Assembly (NCBI GenBank): GCA_040218735.1
Contig: JAVJQW010000017.1
Coordinates: forward strand, 288,001-352,000
DNA: 64,000 nt
Direction of reading: 5' to 3'
Source: Deltaproteobacteria bacterium
Lineage (GTDB): Bacteria > Myxococcota > Kuafuiibacteriia > Kuafuiibacteriales > Kuafuiibacteriaceae
This document shows positions 38,835 through 51,200 of the stretch, one piece after another. Below the pieces are notes generated by a model that searched no databases, was not told where the DNA came from, and saw only the letters and a list, made by a program, of their open reading frames with translations. Each line of letters begins with the position of its first letter. The first letter of the stretch is position 1. The translations under genes and the position numbers were made by a program.

Positions 38835-39393
38835 GTGAAGGCGCTGACCAAGGGCCGGAAGGCCATCCCGAGCTGGTTCTTTTCGGTCGTCGTCGTGCGC
38901 CTCGGGCACCGCTTCCTGTTGGTGCACGAGAAGAAACACGGCCAGCAGTGGTACCCCATCTCCGGACCTCGCTTCGCGAGGGCCGGGGGCACGTTCCATC
39001 GGACGACCGACGGCTGACGCCGTCGACCGCCTCGGAGGGTACCTCCCCGCGGGGCGCGTCGAGCCCGGTGAGTCGTTCGCCGACGCCGCGATCCGCGAGA
39101 CGCTCGAAGAAGCCGGCGTGCCGGTCGTGCTCGACGGTGTGTTGCGCGTCGAGCACCGACCCTCCCCCGACGGCACGCGGATGCGCGTCGTGTTCGTCGC
39201 GCACCCCGCCGACGACACCCCGCCGAAGTCCGTGCCCGACGACGAGACGCTCGGTGCGCGGTGGCTGACGATCGACGAGATGCGATCGCTCCCCCTCCGC
39301 GGCGACGACGTCATCGCGCTGTTTGCGATGGTCGAACGCGGCGCCCCCGTCTACCCGATGTCGCTGTTCGGCCCCGAAGGCCTCTACGCCTGA
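38835..39393 (+). pseudogene. NUDIX hydrolase interrupted by an 88-bp insertion
   Basis: Removing 88 bp joins HGQQWY to LPAGRVEPGESFADAAIRETLEEAGV, a complete Nudix box. Confidence 0.85.
38950..39043. mobile_element. Small palindromic MITE/REP-like insertion with a GGTACC duplication
   Basis: GGTACC at 38950-38955 and 39038-39043; internal hairpins CCTCGC-TTC-GCGAGG and CGACGGC-TGAC-GCCGTCG; imperfect terminal CTCCG/CGGAG. Confidence 0.7.
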
Positions 39394-39438
39394 CGTCGGA
39401 TACCGTCAGCGGCGCACAGGAACGTTCGCGGGGCTTCG

Positions 39439-39466
39439 GCAACCGTCGCGGAGCGCAGACCGAAGA
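39439..39466 (+). promoter_or_regulatory. Putative sigma28-like promoter
   Basis: GCAA-N16-ACCGAAGA followed by an AAGGA RBS and ATG 39479. Confidence 0.4.
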
Positions 39467-39478
39467 TGAAGGATAGCC

Positions 39479-40993
39479 ATGCGTCTTCACGGTCCCCGCC
39501 CCACGACGACCCCCACGACGAGCGCCGCTCCGCAGGCTCCGACCGAGGAGAGGAAACGTCGCGCGGTCTTCGGATTCGGGCGTCTCTTCGCGCGTGAACG
39601 CTTCGCGCGTCGTCGGTCGGAAACCTCCCGCGCGCCGCAGACGCAGGGCGCTGCGTTCGGGAGTCGCCGGGGCCGCGGGTTGGCGGCGTTCGGTGCGGTG
39701 CTCGGCGCGATGTTCGCCGCGACGGCGACCGGATGCGCGCCCTCCTCCGAACCTGCACCCGCGCCGCCGCCCGCGGTGGTCATCGAGCAGGAGGCCCCCG
39801 AGAGCTTCCACGATCTTTCGCCGACGACGCCCGTGTTCGAGGTCCCCGCGGAGCCGACGCCCGAGCGCGTGGACGAGGTCGGCACCGGATCGATCCAGCT
39901 GTTCTACGATCCGCAGGGCCTCGGAGAGCTCTCGGCCGCGGAGCAGAACGCACAGTCGGTGATCGATCACCTCGTGCAGGCCGACGACTTCGACGCGACC
40001 CTCACGTTCTTGGAGGACGCCACGGTCATCTCGCGGCCGCTCGAACCCGAGGCGCGTCGACTCGCGGAGCGGATGGGGGAGTCGATCCCGCTCGCGCCGC
40101 GCGAGACGGGGGTGATCACGCTCGACGCCGACGCGCTCACGACCATCGCGGATCACTTCGCGGCGAACCACATCGCGCTCGACGATCTGGCGGGCTTCGC
40201 GGCGCCGCGCGGGATCGAGGCCCCGGCGGAGGGCATGACGCCCGCGTTCGCGGGGCGCTACCTCGACGCGCTGTCGACGCGCGAAGTGCTCACCGACGTT
40301 CGAGGGGAGCTCGGCGTGGAGCAGTCCCGCGCGCTGGAGGTCGTCCATCACCTGAACGCCGACGAGGTCGCGGCGCTCTCGGAGCGGCTCGGCGTCGAGG
40401 CGCGCCCCGGTAACGACGCCTGGATCACGAACGGGTTGGTGGACCGCTTCGTCGGCGCGCTCCACGACCGCATCATCTACCTCGACGACATGGGCATCGA
40501 GACGACCCGCGCGGTGATGGGGATGGGCGGCGGAGGCATCGACGCCGACTTGTCGCGCGCGCTCGCATCGCTGCCTGACCTGTCGAGGAACGTCACGAAC
40601 TGCGCGCTGGGCCAGACGGAGTCGTTCGCGGTCTACCCGATCGGCATCGACCGCAAGAACGGGAACGTGGAGTGGCTCCGTCACGAAGCGGCGGTGCCGT
40701 TCCGCCAGATGTTCCACGAGGCGCCCGCGGACCTCGGGCTCTTCCCGCGCAGCGGCTTCCGCTCGAACGCGGAGCAGCAGTCCCTCCAGTCGACGGGGCT
40801 CGCGGCGCCGGTCTGTACGTCGAACCACGAGGACGGCATGTCCGTCGACATCGGGTTCGTGCAGGGCGGCGTCGCGTACGGGCTCGATTCGCAGAGCTCG
40901 GCGCAGTACCAGTGGCTCGCGGCGAACGCGCCGGCGCGCGGGATCGTGAACGACGTCGCGCACGAGCCCTGGCACCACACGTTCGTGGGGTGA
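39479..40993 (+). CDS. Protein with a C-terminal M15 (VanY-like) D-Ala-D-Ala peptidase domain
   Basis: SGFRS, SNHEDGMSVD and EPWH motifs; internal lipobox ATGC at about residue 86. Confidence 0.75.
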   Translation: MRLHGPRPTTTPTTSAAPQAPTEERKRRAVFGFGRLFARERFARRRSETSRAPQTQGAAFGSRRGRGLAAFGAVLGAMFAATATGCAPSSEPAPAPPPAVVIEQEAPESFHDLSPTTPVFEVPAEPTPERVDEVGTGSIQLFYDPQGLGELSAAEQNAQSVIDHLVQADDFDATLTFLEDATVISRPLEPEARRLAERMGESIPLAPRETGVITLDADALTTIADHFAANHIALDDLAGFAAPRGIEAPAEGMTPAFAGRYLDALSTREVLTDVRGELGVEQSRALEVVHHLNADEVAALSERLGVEARPGNDAWITNGLVDRFVGALHDRIIYLDDMGIETTRAVMGMGGGGIDADLSRALASLPDLSRNVTNCALGQTESFAVYPIGIDRKNGNVEWLRHEAAVPFRQMFHEAPADLGLFPRSGFRSNAEQQSLQSTGLAAPVCTSNHEDGMSVDIGFVQGGVAYGLDSQSSAQYQWLAANAPARGIVNDVAHEPWHHTFVG

Positions 40994-41057
40994 TCCGCGG
41001 CCAGCGGGGCGTTCTCCCCTTGCCGCCGGCGGGCCTCGCGATTACATCAGCGCGACC

Positions 41058-43679
<2,622 letters not shown>

Positions 43680-43709
<30 letters not shown>

Positions 43710-43856
43710 TCGCGATCGGCCGCGGAGCCGGGCACGCCGGTACGGTCGCGGATGCCGCGACGCTCGCGGGCGGTGGATCGCAGTTGGCTGCGCGACGGGC
43801 ACACCGAGGCGGCCGCGGACGCCGCGACGCTCGCGGGCGGTGGATCGCGATCGGCA
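43680..43856 (+). repeat. Degenerate tandem repeat of about 67 bp (about 2.6 copies) overlapping the alaS stop
   Basis: The core GACGCTCGC...GATCGC recurs at 43691, 43759 and 43826. Confidence 0.7.
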
Positions 43857-44045
43857 CCGCGTGTGATCTCGCGAACGTTCGAATCGACGGCGACGCCGCG
43901 GCGTCTCACCGATCGCTGTGGTGCTTTTGCATCACCTCTGACAGCCCGACGGCCGGACGTATCACGCGCGCCACGCGTCGCCGCGTTCCGCGAGTGATCT
44001 TGGAGCGTTGAGCAGTTGGTACGGTCGCTGCTTTTGTCTGGCGGC

Positions 44046-44585
44046 ATGTCCCGACGCCTCGCCTCCGCCGCCACCCTCCTCGCCGCCGCCGCGCTCTACG
44101 GCTGCCCCGCCACCGTCGAGATCCTCGAGTCCGACGCCGAGCCCCGCCCGATCGAGCTCGCCGAAGGTTACGACGTGCGTCGCTTCACCCTCGACATCGA
44201 CACCCCCGAGGACGCCTTCCCGGGCGAAGACGGCTTCGCCGAGACCGTGAAGATCGTCGCCGTGCTGAAGACCGACCTGCGTACGTCCGGCGAAGCCGAA
44301 GTCGAGCTCCTCGTCGCCGACGACTCCGACCGCGACGGCGACGTCCGCAACGGCCAGTCGCGCCGCGTGACGGTGTTCGGCTCCGAGACCGAGCTCGTCA
44401 TCGAGCGCTTCCTCTCCAAGTGTGACGAGCGGCCGTGCCCCCGCCGCATCGACATCGACTTCCTCAAGAGCGGCGACGCCGCGGTCACCGGGACCTGGCG
44501 CATCGAACACGAGATCGACTGGTACGGCGAAGGCAAGGAGCCGCCCGCCCACGCCGTCTCCACGCTCCAGCTGACCGAATACTAG
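44046..44585 (+). CDS. Hypothetical lipoprotein
   Basis: LYGC lipobox. Confidence 0.65.
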   Translation: MSRRLASAATLLAAAALYGCPATVEILESDAEPRPIELAEGYDVRRFTLDIDTPEDAFPGEDGFAETVKIVAVLKTDLRTSGEAEVELLVADDSDRDGDVRNGQSRRVTVFGSETELVIERFLSKCDERPCPRRIDIDFLKSGDAAVTGTWRIEHEIDWYGEGKEPPAHAVSTLQLTEY

Positions 44586-44622
44586 CCCCCTACGCACCCC
44601 AGACCCGAGAAGGAATCTCACC

Positions 44623-45126
44623 GTGACTACGCCCAAGAACGACCTCGCCCGCCGCGCCGCCATCCTCACCACGCTGACCCTCGCCGGCATCGCATCCATG
44701 GCGACCTCGCCGCCGGACAACTCCCTCCCCACGGTCTCCGTGACGCTCGAGTCCCCGATCCCGAGCTTCGAGCTGAGCGAAGCAAAGCCGGAAGCCATCA
44801 TCGACATCCAGGTCGCGGACTCCTCGACCACCGCGATCGGCGGGCGCTTCACGGCCGACCTGTCGCTCGAGAGCGACGGCCCCGTCGAGGTCATCGCGAC
44901 CTTCGATCCGGGCGGTCAGCGATCGGGTGACTTCTCGTCCCGCGCGGTCGACGGAGCCGGCGAGCTCCAGGTCAACGGCATCGTCAACAGCCGCGGGACG
45001 ATTCGCGTCCGGATGATCGGCGCGGGCCGGGTCCAGGGCGGCGGCCGGGCCGAGCTACGGACCGAGGTGCCCGAGACGGCCGACACCTCCCCCTCGGCCT
45101 TCCGGTTCGACCTCGTGCTGCAGTAA
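44623..45126 (+). CDS. Hypothetical secreted protein
   Basis: AAGGA RBS; signal peptide ending near ASMATS. Confidence 0.6.
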   Translation: MTTPKNDLARRAAILTTLTLAGIASMATSPPDNSLPTVSVTLESPIPSFELSEAKPEAIIDIQVADSSTTAIGGRFTADLSLESDGPVEVIATFDPGGQRSGDFSSRAVDGAGELQVNGIVNSRGTIRVRMIGAGRVQGGGRAELRTEVPETADTSPSAFRFDLVLQ

Positions 45127-45213
45127 CCCCCCGAGATCCCCTAGTCCTCGGGCGGTCGCCTCCACCGGGTCGTAAAGTTACCTCAAACCCGGAGGCGCGC
45201 TATGGTTGAGCCG

Positions 45214-48200
45214 GTGGCCCAGCCTTCCGACACCGTCTCGCTGAGGATCACGCTCCGGTACAAGGATCTCGACGAGTTCGTGAACCGGTACGCCGAGAAC
45301 ATCTCGTCGGCCGGCCTCTTCCTCCGCACGAAGTCGCCGAAGGCCACCGGCACGAAGATCCGCTTCGAGCTCCTGCTCGCGAACGGCAGCCGCGCGCTGC
45401 GCGGCGAAGGCGTCGTCGTCACCGTGCGCGAAGACGACAAGCCCGGCATGGCGCTGCGCTTCAAGATGCTCGACGCCGACTCGCAGGCCGTCATCGATCG
45501 CATCGTCGCCAAACACGGCCAGGGCACCCTCGCTCCGACGCCGCTGTCGACGAACCTCGGTCGCCCGAGCTACGGCGGCGCCGCCGCGCGCCCCACCTCG
45601 ACGCCGAACTGGCGAGCGAGCTCCGGCTGGGTGTCGATGAGCGGAGGAGCGCGCGTGCCGGGCCAGAGCGACCGCACGCAGAGCGGCTCCGGCGTCTTGC
45701 CGCGCCGCCCCGCGCGCACGTTCGAGGGGCAACCGACGAAACCCGTCCCACGCGAGCCCAGCGGCTCGAAGGCCATCCCGCGCGCGCCGCTCCCGCGGAG
45801 TCGCTCGTCGGTGACGCGCCCGTGGGGGAGCGGCGATCGCCGTGAGACGACCGGCCGCATCCGCGTGAGTGACTTCGCATCGGCGCGCGAGGACACGGGT
45901 TCGCTGTCGAAGCCGAAGCTGCCGCCGATCGGCGATCCGGGCGCGGCGACGCCCGAGGACGACCGGACGCTCCGCATGGACGTCGACCGGCTGCGCGCGC
46001 CGTCGACGCGCGGCGACACCACGCTCGATCCGCCGCGCGGCGTCGGCGAAGCGCAGGTCGCGACGGACGAGTTCCTCTCCGACACCGACTCCGGCGCACC
46101 GTTCGGCGAGGCGCTGCGTGCGCCTTCGGACGTCGACACCGAGATCCCGCGCCCGATCGACGACACGCCGACGGCGGAGGACGACGCCACGCGCGGCGAC
46201 GCCGACACGAGCGTCGCAGAAGACGACGCGAACACCGCGGCCGCGCGTGATGCAGATGCGATCGCGGCGGCGGCGGCCGCCGAAGCGGTGAGCGTGGACG
46301 TCGACGCGATCGCGGCGGCGGCAGCGGCCGACGCGGCGGCCAACGCCGAGGCGGACGCACCGAACACGGACGATCTCTCGGCGCCCGTCGACGCGGAGAC
46401 GTCGCCGGACGACGCCGCGGAAGAGTCGCCCCAGGTCGAGGTCGACCCCTGGGCCGATGCGCTGGGCATCCCGCCGACGCAGCCGCCGGCCGCGGCCGAC
46501 ACGTACGAAGATGGCGCGGCGCCCGCGGAGGCGCGTAGCGGCCTCGTGAGCGAGACCGAGGACGCCGCGGGCTTCACGAACGACGAAGCGACGCACCTCG
46601 AAGCGCCCGCGTTCGACGGCGACGGTCGCGCGACCGACGGCGCCGCGAACGACGAGGCGATCGACGGCGCAGCGCCAGCGACGGACAACACCTCGGACGA
46701 AGCGACGGCGATCAGCGCGGCGCACGAAACGAGCACACAGGACGACGCGACGAGCGCTCCGGCCGAAGCCACTGCGGTCAGCGCCCCGACCCACGAGGCG
46801 CAGGAAGCGGACACCCGGGCGGAGGCGACCGCGGTCAGCGCAATGAACGACGACGCGGGGCGCGCGGACCACCAGGTCGATGACGAGGCGCGCGAAGCGC
46901 AACATCGCTCGGACCGAACGCTCGGCGACGACGCCCACCGCGAAACCAGCGCCGAGGCAGCGCACGACGTCAGCGCCGATGCGGAGCACGGCGCTCACGA
47001 GACCACCGGCCACGCGGCCTCCGCAGAGCACGACGCCGACGCCTACGCCCGTGATGACGGCGCCGACGCGGAACGCGACGTTCGCGAGGCCAGCGCGGAC
47101 GCGGAGCACGACGGACGCGAGCCGAGCGCCCGCGCAGAGCACGACGATGCCGAAGCCGGCGCCTACACGGAGAACGACGGACGCGATGCGAGCGCCCGCG
47201 CGGAGGACGCCGGACGCGATGCGAGCGCCGGCGCGGAGCAGCACGCGGACGAGGCCGGCGGCTACGCGGAGCACGACGGACGCGATGCGAGCGCCCGCGT
47301 AGAGCACGGCGACGACGTAGCCGGCGCCTACGCGGAGCACGACGGACGCGCCCACGCGGAGCACGAACGACGCGACGCGAGCGGCCACGCGGAGCACGAC
47401 GGACGCGATGCGAGCGGCCACGCGGAGCACGACGGACGCGATGCGAGCGGCCACGCGGAGCACGACGACGAGGTTGCCGGCGCCCACGCCCATGTAAGCG
47501 TCCGCGCAGAGCCGCCCGCCGACGAAGCCGGCGCCTACGCGGAGCACGAAGGAGGCGATGTGAGCGCCCGCGCAGTGGAGCGCGCCGACGAAGCCGACGC
47601 CGATGCAGAGCACGAAGGAGGCGATGCGAGCGCCGACGCGGCGCAGCGCGCCGACGAAGCCGGCGCCTACACGGAGCACGACGGACGCGATGCGAGCGGC
47701 TACGCAGAGCACGACGACCGCGACGCGGAGTACGACGGACGCGATGCGAGCGGCTACGCGGAGCACGCCGACCGCGACGCGGAGTACGACGGAGGCGATG
47801 CGAGCGCCCGCGCCGAGCAGCACGCCGACGAGGCGGGCGGCCACGCGGAGCACGACGGTCGCGACGCGAGCGCCCGCGCGGAGCAGCACGCCGACGAGGC
47901 GGGCGCCCACGCGGAGCACGACGGTCGCGACGCGAGCGCCCAAGCGCAGCACGGCGACGAGGCGGGCGCCCACGCGGAGCACGACGGTCGCGACGCGAGC
48001 GCCCAAGCTGAGCACGCCGACGAGGCCGGCGCCTACGCGGAGCACGACGGTCGCGACGCGAGCGCCCGCGCCGAGCAGCACGGCGACGAGGCTGGCGCCT
48101 ACGCGGAGCACGACGGCCGCGACGCGAGCGCCTACGCGGAGCACGCCGACGGCGACGCGAGCGCCCACGACGACGCGGCGCACGATCCCAGCGCACACGC

Positions 48201-51200
48201 GGAGCCCGACGATCGCGAGCTCAGCGCCTACGCGGAGCACGGCGACGGCGACGCGAGCGGCCACGACGACGCGGCGCACGATCCCAGCGCACACGCGGCG
48301 CCCGACGATCGCGAGCTCAGCGCCGACGATCGCGAAGCCAGCACCCACGCGGAGCACGAGCACGGCCCCGGCGAGGCCGGCGCCCACGCGACGGACGACG
48401 CGGGGCGAGATCCGCGGGAGGCCGGCGTCTACGCGGGGTATGACGACAACGAAGCGCGCGCCGTCGCGGGGCGGGACGCCGGCGAGGCCGGCGTCTACGC
48501 GGAGTACGACGACCGCGAACCTGGCGCAGGCGCCGACGCGGAGGATCAAGACGTAGACGAGGCTCGCGCCGCCGACGCGGAGCATGTCGACGGCGCAGCG
48601 GGACATCCGCGCGGAGCCTCCGCCGACGCGCCCGGCGCCAGCGCCGAGCAAGACACGGGCGACGACCACGCCGAAGCGGCCGGCGAAGACTTCGTCGCAG
48701 GCGACTCGACGGCGCGCGACGCCTCCGAGGCCGCGCACGACGCGACCGTCGCCGAAGCGCGTGCCTACAGCAGCGAGACCGACGGGCCAGATACGACCGA
48801 GCACGACGCCAGCGACGACGTCGTTCGAGCGTACGCCGACTCGGACACACAAGCGTCCATCCAGGCGCCGCTCGACGACGAAGCCACCGTCGCCGCGCAG
48901 CCGGAGCCCGAGGTCGACGAGCTCGAGTCCAGCTTCGCGGAGATCGGCGACGAGCTCCGCCGCCAGGTCGAAGAGGAAGACCGCCTCTTCGACGAGGGCG
49001 GTGAGATCGACGACGAACCCACCGCGCACATCCCCGTCTCTGCCGGTCCGACCGAAGACCCGAGCACCGACGAGATGCCCTCGCCGCTGCAGGGCGCCGC
49101 CGCGTTCGAAGACGAACCGACCGCGCACATCCTCGCGACCGACGCCTCGCCGGCCGACCCCGCCGAGCCCAAACCCGACGCGGCGATGGACGAAGGCCCC
49201 ACCGTCCACGCCGAGATGGACGACGCGCCGACCGCGTTCGACGACAGCGCTTCGGACCGCACCGCCGAGGAGGCGCCGTCACAAGACTTCGCCGACGGGG
49301 GCGAGACGGCCGCGCTCGCGCCGAGTCCGATCCCCGGCGGCGAGCAGGAGGACGCGGAGACGAAGGTCCTCGTCAGCAACGTCGACGAGTCGGACGCGGT
49401 GGTGCCAATCCCCGAGCAGCCGCTCGACGAAGACGCCACGCGCCTCGAACGTCCGGAAGATCCGGCGGTGCGTGCCTACTCGGAGGCACCGACCCACGCC
49501 GAGATCCAGCGCGAGGCGCCCGCGGCCACGCCGGCCGAGCCCTACGCGGAAGCCGCGACCGTCGCCGCGCCCGAGACCCAGGTCATTCGCAACCGGAAGC
49601 GCCCCGTCGCCGACCCCGAGCGCGTGAGCCTCGACGCGTCGACGGAGATCGTGAAGGCGCACGACGCGATCGCGCCGCGCGACGGGACGCCGATGTACTC
49701 GACGGAGGTGCAGGTCACCGGCGTCGACGCCGACGCGAAGCCGCACGAAGAGGTCGCGCCGACGCGGCGTCGACCGAGCTATCGCCCGGTGATCGAGCGT
49801 GAGTCGAGCCGGCCGAAGAACCCCGAGGACATGCTGCGTCGTGCGCGCGAGGCGGCGTTCTCCGAAGAAGCCACCGAGGTCCCGCCCGAGCGCACCTCGG
49901 ACGAGCAGGTCGCGAAGCGCCCCGTCGACGAGACGCCGAAGCGCCCCGCTCCGCCGACGCAGGTGGTACGGGCGCGCGGTCCCCAAGCACCTTCGCGTGC
50001 GCAGCGGGTCGTGGGCATCGACTTCGGCGGGCAGTGGGTGCGCATGGGCGTGATCGAGAACGCCGAGCTCGAGCTGATCCCCGCCGCCGCGAGCGCCTAC
50101 ATCCCCGCGCTCGTCGCCACGCGCAAGGACGGCTCGCTCGTCACCGGCGTGAAGGCCCGCGCCTTGGTCCTCGACGACCCGCGGCGCGGCACGTCACCCC
50201 GCTCGGTGCTGCAGGCGATCGAGAAGGGCAAGATCCCGCCGGGTCGCGCGAGCGGGCTCAACGTGATCGGGTCCGAAGACGGCGAGGTGAAGCTGCGCCT
50301 CGGTGATCACGTCGTCGATCTCCAAGACGTCCTCGTCACGTACTTCACGTTCCTGCGGGACGCGATCAAACAGCACCTCGGCACGGACACGTTCTCCGTC
50401 GCGATGTTGGTGCCCGATCGCCTCGATCCTTCCGCGCGGAAGATGCTCGAGGCGGCGTGTAAGACGTCCCGCCTCGACGTCGCTCGGTTCGTCGAGGAGT
50501 CGCAGGCGATGCTCTCCGCGTACAACCTGCGGGAGCGGCCGATGAAGTCGGTGCTGCTGATCGACGTCGGGATGACGCACGTCGGGATTCAGGTCGCGAA
50601 GCGGAACGCGGAGAAGTTCGACATCGTCGCGTCGCGCTGGGACGACAAACTGTCGGCGGGTGCGTTCGACGACCGCGTCGTGCAACTCACGCTCGACGAG
50701 CTGGAAGCCCAGGCGGGCGAGGATCACCAGGCCGACCGCGCCGCGCGGCTGCGGCTCAAGGAAGCGGTCGAGCACGCACGCATGGACATCCGTCGCGCCG
50801 CGTCCGTCGAGCTGAAGGTCACGCTCCCCGCGCCCGGAGGGGCGTCCGGGGTCGTCGTCGAGCGGTCGATCAAACTCCCGCGGAGCCGGATCTACCAAGT
50901 CACGGAGGATGTCGTCCTGGAGATCTGCGTCGCCGTGCAAGAGGTCTTGCGCGACGCCGGGATCGATCCTCGGAACCTCGACGCCACCGTGCTCGCCGGG
51001 AGCGGCGGCACGTTCCCACCGCTGATCGAAGCGCTCACCAACCTCACGCAGCAGGAGCCGATGCACTCGATTCCGCCCGCGCACGTGTTTGCGATGGGCC
51101 TGGCGAAGAGCAGCGCGGCGATCGAACGCGCGGAGGTTGCGGCACAGCCGAACACCCTCAGCGCGTCGATCGGCTTCGGGCTCCCCGGCGGACGCTTCCG

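Noticed and set aside
45178-49209. 1343-aa hydrophobic repeat ORF on the minus strand
   Set aside because: It is the antisense reading of the acidic repeat protein; stop codons are rare in GC-rich repeats.
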